Origin: Candidatus Aegiribacteria sp.
GTDB lineage: Bacteria > Fermentibacterota > Fermentibacteria > Fermentibacterales > JCC-6
NCBI GenBank assembly: GCA_046498225.1
Contig: JAWOBF010000061.1
Location: 3,709-67,708, forward strand
Direction: 5' to 3'
DNA length: 64,000 bases
Position 1 is the first letter of the stretch; each line of letters begins with the position of its first letter. This document shows positions 43,038 to 52,157 of the stretch, piece by piece. Below the pieces are notes generated by a model, which had not been told where the DNA came from, did not search any database, and saw only the letters and a program-made list of their open reading frames with translations. A program made the position numbers and the translations under genes.

Positions 43038-44278
43038 GCCGGTCCCCCTCCGGCGTGGCACTGGGACAGCCTTCTGTAGAACCGGTCCGTTACCCGTTCC
43101 CAGGTCCATTCATTCTTTACAAGCCTTTGTCCCGCCTCGCCCATGGACCTTCTGAGGGAGGGGTCGCGCAGAAGCAGTTCAGTTCTGTGCGCCAGGGTGG
43201 CCGTGTCACCGAAGGGGACCAGGAAACCGTTCTCCCCCTCCCTGATGATATCCGGCATTCCTCCGGACCAGCATCCTATCACCGGCCTGCCAAGCATCCA
43301 GGCCTCCAGCACCACGATGCCGAAGCAGTCCAGCCTGGAGGGAAGCATCACTACGTCGGCCGCCCTGATAAGGTCTATTCTATCCTCTTTTCTGATGTAG
43401 CCCGTCACCACGACCCTGTTCTCGAGGTCGGGGTTCCCGTGGACCTCCCGGTCCAGCAGGCGCTGGGCGTCGGGCATTACAGGCCCGGCCAGCACCAGGG
43501 TGGCCTTCAGCCCCCGGCCGGTGAGTTCGGCCAGCGTTTCCAGCATCTGTTCCAGTCCCCTGTCCCTGCAGTGGCCGGTAAGGCTCAGCAGTATAGTGCC
43601 TTCCACGCCCAGACGGCGCCTGGCGGCTTCTCCGTCGGCCTTCTCGAACTCCTTCGGGTCAATGCCGCTTCCGGAGACGTGGACCCTCTCCTTCTCCACT
43701 CCCATCTCCAGGTAAAGGTCCCGTTCGAAACCGCTCTGAGCCACCACGAAACTGCTTTCTCCCAGTATTCTCCTCTGGCAGCCCCGAAAGTAGTGAAGGG
43801 CTTCCACCCTTCTGAACTTCTCACCCACGTTGGCGTGAGGAACGCATACCAGCCCGGAACCATGCCGCCTGCTGTACCTCCAGCCGTGGTAGAGGGCGAA
43901 GGGCATGGCATTCGCGTGGACAAGGTCGAACCCCCTGTCCCTGGACAGCCACCGGTTCAGAGAAGGCACGAACGGATTGGGATAGAAGAATCTGTCCCGT
44001 CCGCAGGGCAGGAGCCGCCTGAGAATGCCCCTGAGAATGTCCTGCAGGGGCGGGTGGCGGACGGGAAAACGCCTTATGATTATGCCCCTGTGGACGTCCC
44101 TGCGTCTCTCCACATGCATTCCGGTCCTGGATACCAGCCAGGACATGTCCCATGCGTCGGTTGCGCAGATAACCGAGGTGTGCCCCCTCGCGGCTCCGGC
44201 CAGGGCATGTTCCAGCACGTACCGCTCCGCTCCTCCGTGGTAGGGCCATGACCTGTGAACCAGGTGCAGTATCCTCAT
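43034..44278 (-). CDS. glycosyltransferase family 4
   Basis: MRILHLVHRSWPYHGGAERYVLEHA and LPSRLDCFGIVVLEAWMLGRPVIG. Confidence 0.85.
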   Translation of the reverse strand: MRILHLVHRSWPYHGGAERYVLEHALAGAARGHTSVICATDAWDMSWLVSRTGMHVERRRDVHRGIIIRRFPVRHPPLQDILRGILRRLLPCGRDRFFYPNPFVPSLNRWLSRDRGFDLVHANAMPFALYHGWRYSRRHGSGLVCVPHANVGEKFRRVEALHYFRGCQRRILGESSFVVAQSGFERDLYLEMGVEKERVHVSGSGIDPKEFEKADGEAARRRLGVEGTILLSLTGHCRDRGLEQMLETLAELTGRGLKATLVLAGPVMPDAQRLLDREVHGNPDLENRVVVTGYIRKEDRIDLIRAADVVMLPSRLDCFGIVVLEAWMLGRPVIGCWSGGMPDIIREGENGFLVPFGDTATLAHRTELLLRDPSLRRSMGEAGQRLVKNEWTWERVTDRFYRRLSQCHAGGGPA

Positions 44279-45402
44279 TCTCCGGCTATCCTCCTGTAGA
44301 ATTCCAGAAGTCCCGCCGCAACGTCAGACCAGCGTACCCTTTCCACCGACTCGGACATGCGCCTGAGAACATCTGCCCGTGAGGGGTCCGACAGTGCCGT
44401 CATCTCCTCGACCCATTGCTCCGGCCGGTCTGGGGACAGGAGCACGCCTCCCTCACCGACGGTTTCGGGAAGCGCGGTCGAACTGCTGGAGACAACCGGT
44501 GTGTTACAGGCGAAAGCCTCCAGGACCGGAAGACCCAGCCCCTCGTAACGGCTGGGACACAGAAGGGCACGCGCGCCCCTGTAAAGGTCGGGCATGCGGC
44601 GGTCGGGCACTCCTCTGAGCACACGCAGTCCGGGGACATCCCTCATTCTCACGTTCCCCCAGCCGCCTTCCCCCACCATCACCAGAGGAATGTCGACCCC
44701 CCGGCGGCGGGATGCGGCGTAGGCCTCGATCAGCAACGGAATGTTCTTTCTCGGGACGAAATTGCCCACGTGCAGAAAATAATCTCCCGGACTCAGTCCG
44801 TATTCCTGCATGACCTTCGTGGAGGGCGGTCCGGGGGCGAACTCGTCTCCGGCTGCGCCTCCCGCCACGTACACCCTCTCCTCGGGTACTCCCAGTGTCC
44901 TCACCATGCGGCTGGCGGTCCATCGGGATATTGCGGCGGCGAAGGCTCCCCCCCTTATCATGGCGGCCTCCCTCTCGGCGAAGGACACGGTGGCCTCAGT
45001 GTGCCATTCGGAATGCTCCAGGGCGGAGAGGTCGTATACCGTCACCACGGACAGGCTGCCCGGCGGATGGAAGGGCTGCACCCCGCTGTGATGGTATATG
45101 GCGGGGCAGCCGGTGAGCCGCGCCAGCCTTCGGGGCCTCGATGAACGCTCCCAGCCCCTGCGAATCGGTATTCTTCTGACCAGCGGTATCTTCATGTAGA
45201 GTGGAGCGGGTGTTTCCAGACATTCCAGAGGGGGACCCGGGACTCCCGGATGCGCCGCCGGAACGTCCACCAGAACCAGCTCCACATCAAAATCGGGCGC
45301 CCTCACCCTCATTGCCGCGGCAAGCCGGGTGAGGTACCTTGACACCCCTCCCACCGCGTGGGGAACCGGGCTCAGGTCGAATGCGGCCCTGATGACGTTC
45401 AT
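44275..45402 (-). CDS. glycosyltransferase family 4
   Basis: CPSRYEGLGLPVLEAFACNTPVVSS. The ATG at 45402 (MNVIRAAFDL) forms an ATGA overlap with the upstream stop. Confidence 0.85.
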   Translation of the reverse strand: MNVIRAAFDLSPVPHAVGGVSRYLTRLAAAMRVRAPDFDVELVLVDVPAAHPGVPGPPLECLETPAPLYMKIPLVRRIPIRRGWERSSRPRRLARLTGCPAIYHHSGVQPFHPPGSLSVVTVYDLSALEHSEWHTEATVSFAEREAAMIRGGAFAAAISRWTASRMVRTLGVPEERVYVAGGAAGDEFAPGPPSTKVMQEYGLSPGDYFLHVGNFVPRKNIPLLIEAYAASRRRGVDIPLVMVGEGGWGNVRMRDVPGLRVLRGVPDRRMPDLYRGARALLCPSRYEGLGLPVLEAFACNTPVVSSSSTALPETVGEGGVLLSPDRPEQWVEEMTALSDPSRADVLRRMSESVERVRWSDVAAGLLEFYRRIAGE

Positions 45403-46985
45403 TCGGGGTAACCCCTTACCCAGACCGTATCGGACGGCGAAGCGCCGGGGAACAGGGGGGCCAGCGCGGCGTCGTGTATCTCCCTCTCCTCCGGAGTGTA
45501 CAGCCATCTGTGGTACATCAGGGTCTGACCGGATTCAGGGGACGCGGACACCATCTCCTCCGCGGAAGGAAGGGCCGGAAGCCTTGCCATGAAAGAATAC
45601 CTCCTGGAATACGATGACCGCGCCTGGAACCATGAATACCTTCGCACCCCGCCGTCCACCGGCAGTTCAAGCACAGTGGTCCCGGCTTCGACCTCCAGGC
45701 AGGCGGAGGGAACGGAGGTTGGAAGAACCGGTATCGATGGAAGCGCCGTCTCGAGAATAAGCAGGGCGAATACTCCCCTTTTCCATCTGTCCTTCATGTT
45801 GGACACGACCATTCCGGCGCCCAGGGCCACGAGAACACCCGCGGGAATGGCGAACCTGGATGGAGCCCTCACCCCTCCCATCAGCGGCAGCTGCTGAATG
45901 GCCCGAAATGGGAGCGGAATGCCCGAAGGCCTTCCCAGCAGCTTAAGCTCAGGGCCGAGAGCCATCAGGCAGAACAGGACCACGACCAGGAGCAGTTTCC
46001 ATCCGCGAGTCCTCCAGACGTACATGCCGAACAGGACCAGGAGGGTAAGCCCCGGTGCAACCACTCCCTCCGCCGCGTTGGGCATCCATGAGAATCTCAT
46101 TGGAACGCCCAGAAGGCTTCCGGCGGTCCCGAAAGGCGAAGGAAGAAGGAACGACTGCGGCTCGGCGGCCCAGTACACCGCTTCCCTCCAGTCCGGGGAG
46201 AGGCTCCCCGTCTGCCCCGGAGCCGTGAGCAGCATGACCGCCGGCAGAGCGGTCGCCGCCGCCCAGACCAGTGCCAGCGCTCCCGCCCTTCGAAGGCCTG
46301 AACCGCGCACAAGACAGATACCCATGGCCGAAAGCAGAGCGAACAGTGAGATGAAGGGGCTTTCCATTCCCGCAGCCAGGATGGCGGCGGCGAACAGCGC
46401 CAGAAAGGCCCCTCCGCCCCTTCGGATGTAGAGGGTGGCGGCCCAGAGAGAGGCGGGAAGGGCCCAGCAGTTCGCGATCTGGTAATGCTGCATGAGGTGG
46501 GCGGTCCTGGCGGGCAGCCAGGCCAGGGCAAGGGCGGTGAAAAGCGCGCCGTACCTGCCGGCCCCCCACGACCTGGCAAGAAGGTACCCGAAAAGCCCTG
46601 TGAGCAGCGTCCCAAACATCAGGGAGAGGCTGTGGGACAGCTCGGGCCGGGTACCGCCGGTTCCCAGGGCCCCGAAGAGGAGAGCGTCCAGCCAGCCCAC
46701 GTGATCGTACGCCAGGGACGCTCCTTCCGGAGCGTATATTGCCGGGCAGAACCTGGGGTCCTGACCGGACGACAGCGCCCGGGAGACCCACCAGAAATGC
46801 CATGCATGGTGGTAGGGGTCGGCATCGCCGGCCACGGCCGGTTCCCTGGCGGTCACTCCGATTATCCCCGCGGTCCCGGAGGAGAACATCATGATGTAGG
46901 GCATCAGCAGGAGCAGGAGTGCTCCCAGCGCCGCAGCGGTGAACAACCCCCCTCCCCGGTAACGGCCGCTATTCCCAGAGCACAT
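45399..46985 (-). CDS. polytopic membrane protein (candidate GT-C-type glycosyltransferase or polymerase)
   Basis: About 12 hydrophobic segments. The first loop carries GDADPYHHAWHFWWVSRAL. A short soluble C-terminus follows. No confident family assignment. Confidence 0.5.
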   Translation of the reverse strand: MCSGNSGRYRGGGLFTAAALGALLLLLMPYIMMFSSGTAGIIGVTAREPAVAGDADPYHHAWHFWWVSRALSSGQDPRFCPAIYAPEGASLAYDHVGWLDALLFGALGTGGTRPELSHSLSLMFGTLLTGLFGYLLARSWGAGRYGALFTALALAWLPARTAHLMQHYQIANCWALPASLWAATLYIRRGGGAFLALFAAAILAAGMESPFISLFALLSAMGICLVRGSGLRRAGALALVWAAATALPAVMLLTAPGQTGSLSPDWREAVYWAAEPQSFLLPSPFGTAGSLLGVPMRFSWMPNAAEGVVAPGLTLLVLFGMYVWRTRGWKLLLVVVLFCLMALGPELKLLGRPSGIPLPFRAIQQLPLMGGVRAPSRFAIPAGVLVALGAGMVVSNMKDRWKRGVFALLILETALPSIPVLPTSVPSACLEVEAGTTVLELPVDGGVRRYSWFQARSSYSRRYSFMARLPALPSAEEMVSASPESGQTLMYHRWLYTPEEREIHDAALAPLFPGASPSDTVWVRGYPE

Positions 46986-48399
46986 AGGATATCCAGCCGG
47001 TTCCCGTGAAGACCAGTTCCCTTCCCGGGACGTAGTTCGTTCCAGCCTTTCCCGGAAGCGGCTCGCCGTTGACCAGGCCCTTCCCCCACGCAGTTACGTA
47101 AGCGCCACAGGCTCCCGCTGGGCCGGTGAGAGACCGCCTTCCTTCGAATTTCCAGGTTACCGAGGGGGTGTCAAGCTCACGGACGAACCCGGTGGGAGGG
47201 TCCACCCATGAAGGGGAAAGTGAGCGGCGCTCCCCCTCTTCCGCATGGTCCCGCGTGAACTCCTCCGCCATTCGAACAGCCCGCTTCCAGTCTTCCCTCA
47301 GTCTCTTTACCGACCCCGTATCCTCCGCGTACATCCTGGCCGCCAGGGACAGTCCCTCCCTCAGCCGGTCATTCCTCAGCACGGCGTTCACCGCGGCGGG
47401 AACCCCCTGGACCATATTGTCAGGCGGGACCCTTATCACCGCATCGGATGGCATGTTAAGGAACGATCCGGAGGCAGATACAACAGGCGGGACTCCGGCT
47501 CTCATGGCCTCCAGAAGGCTTCCCGAGGTTTCCCCGCAGGTGGGATGACGCAGGTCGAGGACCAGGTCCAGCGTCCTTATCCAGCTCTGGTAGAGCGCTT
47601 CTTCCAGCCTGCCTGTCCGCACGGTCCACGGAGGCAGTTCATCGGGGTACCCGCCTCCTATGAGCAGAAGTCCCGCATCCGGCTCCCGTTCCCTTACCTT
47701 CTCCATGGCCCTCATCACCTGCTCCAGGTTCCTTCCCGGATGGTAGCTGCCCACCATTCCCAGGCAGACTCGAAAGGGCTTTTCCATCTTTCGAAGCTCG
47801 GGAAGAGGGCTCAGCGGGTGCCCCAGGGTCATCACGGCTCCCGGGGGGTAGGAGTCACTGATGCCGGCGGCGGCGTAATCGTTGAGACACATTGCGCTGG
47901 TGGAGCTGTTCACCGACCTTCCCACAAGGGGGTATTCCTTCAGGAGAGCGTCGTATTCCTCGCTGGAGGAGGCGGTTCCGGAAAGCTTCTTTTCAACGGC
48001 CTCCGCGGCGGGCCCGTAGCAGAACCGGAGCTCCCTCCTGTAATCGTCCATCCTTCCCCTTCTCAGGTATCCGTCCCTGAGCATGTGATGAAGCACCGTT
48101 TCATGGAACAGGGCTGTGCCGCCCATGGAGTAGAGAGCCTGCGCGATGGGAAAACAGTGGGGTGAGTTGCCCAGCTGGAATACTCTCACAGCCGGGACTT
48201 CGCTGTGGTCCAGCCTGTCAAGTGGAATATGGCGTGCAATTCCGGGGACTGAGTTCGGTTCGCCTCCCGGAGGACTCGCCACCACCCATCGGATACGTTC
48301 CGAAGTGTGCTTCAGCACCCTCTCCGCGTATGTGGCCAGACCGGTCCGCATGGGAGGAAGTGGCGTTACGAGAAGAACTTCAGTCCTTTCCTCCGGCAT
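46969..48399 (-). CDS. glycosyltransferase (GT4/GT1-like) with a ~100-aa C-terminal extension
   Basis: EVLLVTPLPPMRTGLATYAERVL and GETSGSLLEAMRAGVPPVVSASG. Confidence 0.7.
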   Translation of the reverse strand: MPEERTEVLLVTPLPPMRTGLATYAERVLKHTSERIRWVVASPPGGEPNSVPGIARHIPLDRLDHSEVPAVRVFQLGNSPHCFPIAQALYSMGGTALFHETVLHHMLRDGYLRRGRMDDYRRELRFCYGPAAEAVEKKLSGTASSSEEYDALLKEYPLVGRSVNSSTSAMCLNDYAAAGISDSYPPGAVMTLGHPLSPLPELRKMEKPFRVCLGMVGSYHPGRNLEQVMRAMEKVREREPDAGLLLIGGGYPDELPPWTVRTGRLEEALYQSWIRTLDLVLDLRHPTCGETSGSLLEAMRAGVPPVVSASGSFLNMPSDAVIRVPPDNMVQGVPAAVNAVLRNDRLREGLSLAARMYAEDTGSVKRLREDWKRAVRMAEEFTRDHAEEGERRSLSPSWVDPPTGFVRELDTPSVTWKFEGRRSLTGPAGACGAYVTAWGKGLVNGEPLPGKAGTNYVPGRELVFTGTGWISYVLWE

Positions 48400-49072
48400 C
48401 TCCCCTCCATACCCTCAGTCTCAGCCTCAGCAGCTGGACGAACATCTCGATTATGGGTCCAAGCCGCACCCATGCGAAGATACCGCTCCTGAAACTCTCG
48501 CAGGATACGCTGCCCGCCCTTCTTGGATAATGGGACACCGGCAGCTGCAGGACCCGCATTCCCAGCTTCCTGGGAAACAGCAGCAGCTCCAGGTCGGCCA
48601 CGCTGGAGGTGGACCTTATCTCGAACCTGTTGAAGATATCCCTTCTAAAGAGCTTGAAGGAGGAGTCGACGTCACGGAAGCCTCCCCAGAACAGAAGATA
48701 TGTAAGGGTATTGTAGGCGAAGGAATACATCAGCCTCATCAGGGGGTCTTTCCTGTTCCTTCTGAAGCCGGAAACAACGTCCGCTCCCTCGCGAATGAGC
48801 CAGAGTGACTCCAGCTCCCTCAGGTCGAACTGACCGTCGCAGTCCGTATAGAACACCCAGGGCATGGACGCGGTCCTGATACCCGTCCAGACCGCCCCGC
48901 CTATTCCGATGTTCACCGGGTGGCTGACGGCCCTGACGTTCCGGTGTTCCCCCGCCAGCTTCCCCGCTATTCGGGCGGTACCGTCGGAGGACCCGTCATC
49001 AACAACTATGATCTCCCCGGGAATGTCCAGGTGGTCCAGAACCTCCATGATCTTCCCGACCATGTACTCCAC
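48380..49072 (-). CDS. glycosyltransferase family 2, polyprenyl-phosphate sugar synthase (DPM1/ArnC-like); true 5' end probably upstream at a non-canonical start
   Basis: IIVVDDGSSDGT, NIGIGGA and YTDCDGQFD are present. The conserved N-terminal strand LSVVFPAFNEEENV is encoded in frame upstream of the first GTG (49072), with no ATG, GTG or TTG before the in-frame TGA. Confidence 0.75.
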   Translation of the reverse strand: MEYMVGKIMEVLDHLDIPGEIIVVDDGSSDGTARIAGKLAGEHRNVRAVSHPVNIGIGGAVWTGIRTASMPWVFYTDCDGQFDLRELESLWLIREGADVVSGFRRNRKDPLMRLMYSFAYNTLTYLLFWGGFRDVDSSFKLFRRDIFNRFEIRSTSSVADLELLLFPRKLGMRVLQLPVSHYPRRAGSVSCESFRSGIFAWVRLGPIIEMFVQLLRLRLRVWRGDAGGKD

Positions 49073-49219
49073 GTTCTCTTCCTCGTTGAATGCGGGAAAT
49101 ACTACGGAAAGACCTTCGCGATTCTGCTGTGCTATGGGACGCCCCCCGGAAAAATTCCTCGGTCAGATGTTGTCCGGTGAAAAATAGCCCAACGGAAGGA
49201 TAAAGTCTACACTTCCGCT

Positions 49220-49594
49220 TCAGGCGGAGGTGTGGAAAACGGAGGGGTTCTCCCTTCCGCAGAGCACCACGCATCCGCTGCCCCCGGCGTCGACCACCCA
49301 CTGCAGGTCGAACCTTACCGGGGTTCCATCCCTCCAGCTGTCCGCGAGGTACCAGCAGCCTTCGGGACCGGCAAGCTTTCCGGTGAGCATTCCCTTCTCC
49401 ATCACCAGCAGAGAATATCGGCTTCCCAGGGTTCCGAATACGCTCATCGAACGGGCCTGCAGAGGGCTTTCCGGGGAAGGTTCCCATCTTCCGGAATCCT
49501 CCGGCCGGCTGTTTATGAACAGGATTTCATCCATGATACCTCCCGGTCTGGTTTCCGGGTGTATCATAACATCTGGACAAGCGGATGTAAACAC
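49220..49594 (-). CDS. hypothetical small protein (124 aa)
   Basis: This ORF fills the gap between mutS and the GT2 gene on the same strand, and its residue composition looks plausible. No family recognised. Confidence 0.35.
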   Translation of the reverse strand: MFTSACPDVMIHPETRPGGIMDEILFINSRPEDSGRWEPSPESPLQARSMSVFGTLGSRYSLLVMEKGMLTGKLAGPEGCWYLADSWRDGTPVRFDLQWVVDAGGSGCVVLCGRENPSVFHTSA

Positions 49595-49598
49595 CTGT

Positions 49599-52157
49599 TC
49601 ACTCCAGGCTGTCGCGAAGCTCGTAGAGTATCTCCAGGGCCCTTCTGGGAGTCAGTGAATCCGGGTCCAGCTCCATCAGTCTCTCGGCCAGAGGGTCCTT
49701 CAGGCCGTCCGGAGCATCCAGTGAAAGCTCCAGCTGCTCCTCGTTCCCTCCTCCCGGCATCAGGTGTCTTCCGGCTTCCAGGTCCGCCAGCACCTTTCTG
49801 GCCCTTCGGACCACCCTGGAAGGGACTCCAGCCATGGAAGCCACGTGTATTCCGTAGGATTCGTCCGTGCTTCCCTCCTCTATGCTGTAGAGGAATACTA
49901 CCTTTCCCCCCGTATCCCTGACCTTGACGTTCACGTTGGCCACCGCCGGAAGAAGGCTGCCGAGAGCCGTAAGCTCATGATAATGGGTGGCGAACAGCAC
50001 CAGGGGCCTGTGTCTGGCGCTGTCATGCAGGTACTCTACCATGGCCCATGCCAGGGACAGCCCGTCGTAGGTGCTGGTTCCCCTTCCCACCTCGTCCAGT
50101 ATCGCCAGGCTGTCCGGAGTGCTGGAGTTCAGGAGGGCGGCGGCTTCCGCCATCTCCACTAGGAAGGTGGACTGACCCCTGGTTATGCGGTCGGAGGAGC
50201 CTATTCGAGTGAATATCCTGTCCACAGGCGAAAACACCATTGAATCGGCCGGCACGAAGGAACCGGCCTGGGCCATGACCACCAGAAGGGCCGCCTGCCT
50301 GAGGTATGTGGACTTTCCCGCCATGTTCGGGCCGGTTACCAGCAGTATCCGCCTTCCCCGGTTCAGGTCCAGGCTGTTGGGAACGCATTCTCCCTGCGGA
50401 AGCAGCCTGTCCAGCACCGGATGCCTGCCGTTGCTTATGGATATTCCGGGATTATCGGCCAGCTCCGGCCTGGTGTATCCCCGGCGGGAAGCCATGAAGG
50501 CCAGGGAGGACAGCACGTCCAGCCCCGCCAGCATCTTCCCCGCCGACCTTATGCCCTCTATATGCTCCGCCACGCTGGAGCGAAGGCTTATGAAGAGGCG
50601 GCTCTCCAGCTTCTCCATCTGCTCTCCGGCCCTGAATATCTTCGCCTCCATCTCCTTCAGCTGCGGCGTTATGAACCTCTCGGCGTTGACCAGGGTCTGC
50701 TTTCGAATGTAATCCTCCGGCACCTTGTCCAGATGGCTTTTCGAAATCTCGATATAGTATCCGAACACCTTGTTGCTTCCTATGGAAAGGTTGGGAATGC
50801 CGGTCCGCTCCCTCTCCCGGTCCCTCTGGGCAGTTATCCAGTCCCGTCCGCCCGAGCGTATCTCCCTGTAGCCGTCGAGTTCGGGGGACACTCCCTCCCT
50901 TATCACCCAGCCGTCGGAAAGCCTGGCCGGCGGTTCGTCGGTGAGGGTGGTATCGATCATCTTCCCCACCTCCTCAAGCAGGTCCAGTGAAGCCATATCC
51001 GTCAGCAGCTCCGAATCGGACCCTCGAATCAGCTCCACGGCATCCGGAAGCAGGGAAATCGTGTCCGCCACCGCTCTGAGATCCCTCGGCGATGATCTCA
51101 GCGTTCCCAGTTTTCCCGCCTGCCTCTGAAGGTCAGCCGCCCGCGGGAGGATGCTTCGAAGACCATCCAGGGCATCCGTGTTCCGCGTGAGCCAGGAGAC
51201 CGCGTCGTACCTGTTCTCTATGGTTTTCCTTTCCCGGGAGGGCGACGAGAGCCATTTGCGCCATTCCCTGGACCCGGCGGGGGTCACGGTCTCGTCCGTG
51301 GTCTCCGAGAGCACTCCGGAATCCTCCCCCGGCGAAGGCTCGGTAATGTTTAGGGACCTGGCGCTTCCCCTGTCGATTATCATGCAGTCATCGCGCCTGT
51401 ACATTCCGGAGAAGTAAAGGTGGGACGCGTCCATTCTCTTGGTGTCCCTTATGTACGCCAGCAGAGCGCCCACCGCTGAGATGGCGGGGCTTTCCGGTCC
51501 GCTCCCCAGACCGTCGGTGGTCTCCAGGTCGAGTACGCTGCCCGCGCTGGCCGCGGCCGTCCCCGGCTCGAATTTCCAGGGTTCCAGCACGGTTGCCTCG
51601 CATCCCGCGGGAGGCTGTATCCCCGTACCTTCGGGCAGCAGTATCTCAGAGGGGTTTCTCCTGGCTATTTCCGCGGGAAGAAGGCCCTCGTTCATCTCCG
51701 TGGCTTCGATCTCCCCGGTGGATATGTCGCAGAAGGCCAGTCCTCCCCTTCCACCCCGGGAGCAGGCGGAGCAGAGCAGCACGGTCCTGCGCTCGTCCAG
51801 CGCGGGTCCGCTGACCAGGGTACCCGGCGTTATCACCTCCACCACTTCGCGGCGCACCAGTCCCTTCGCCTGTGCGGGGTCTTCGGTCTGCTCGCATATG
51901 GCCACCCTGTACCCTGCGCTGATAAGCTTCGACAGGTAGCCATCCAGGGCATGGTAGGGGAACCCCGCCAGGGGAATGCCCTCCCCGCTCTCCCTGTTCC
52001 TGTCCCTCGAGGTGAGCGTTATGCCAAGAGCTCCGGAGACCGTCTTAGCGTCATCGAAGAAGGTTTCGTAGAAATCTCCCATCCTGAAAAGCAGTATCTC
52101 ACCGGGGTGGTCCTTCTTGATCTCCAGGAACTGGCGCATCATTGGAGTATTGGTCAT
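49599..52157 (-). CDS. mutS: DNA mismatch repair protein MutS
   Basis: MRQFLEIKKDHPGEILLFRMGDFYE, Walker A GPNMAGKSTYLRQ, and DEVGRGTSTYDG. The ATG at 52157 forms an ATGA overlap with the upstream stop. Confidence 0.95.
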   Translation of the reverse strand: MTNTPMMRQFLEIKKDHPGEILLFRMGDFYETFFDDAKTVSGALGITLTSRDRNRESGEGIPLAGFPYHALDGYLSKLISAGYRVAICEQTEDPAQAKGLVRREVVEVITPGTLVSGPALDERRTVLLCSACSRGGRGGLAFCDISTGEIEATEMNEGLLPAEIARRNPSEILLPEGTGIQPPAGCEATVLEPWKFEPGTAAASAGSVLDLETTDGLGSGPESPAISAVGALLAYIRDTKRMDASHLYFSGMYRRDDCMIIDRGSARSLNITEPSPGEDSGVLSETTDETVTPAGSREWRKWLSSPSRERKTIENRYDAVSWLTRNTDALDGLRSILPRAADLQRQAGKLGTLRSSPRDLRAVADTISLLPDAVELIRGSDSELLTDMASLDLLEEVGKMIDTTLTDEPPARLSDGWVIREGVSPELDGYREIRSGGRDWITAQRDRERERTGIPNLSIGSNKVFGYYIEISKSHLDKVPEDYIRKQTLVNAERFITPQLKEMEAKIFRAGEQMEKLESRLFISLRSSVAEHIEGIRSAGKMLAGLDVLSSLAFMASRRGYTRPELADNPGISISNGRHPVLDRLLPQGECVPNSLDLNRGRRILLVTGPNMAGKSTYLRQAALLVVMAQAGSFVPADSMVFSPVDRIFTRIGSSDRITRGQSTFLVEMAEAAALLNSSTPDSLAILDEVGRGTSTYDGLSLAWAMVEYLHDSARHRPLVLFATHYHELTALGSLLPAVANVNVKVRDTGGKVVFLYSIEEGSTDESYGIHVASMAGVPSRVVRRARKVLADLEAGRHLMPGGGNEEQLELSLDAPDGLKDPLAERLMELDPDSLTPRRALEILYELRDSLE

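Noticed and set aside
48999-49487. 162-aa minus-strand ORF overlapping the GT2 5' region and the 124-aa ORF
   Set aside because: Its Arg/Gly-rich translation has no motifs, and it is out of frame with the conserved GT2 N-terminal strand. It does not rescue the missing start codon.
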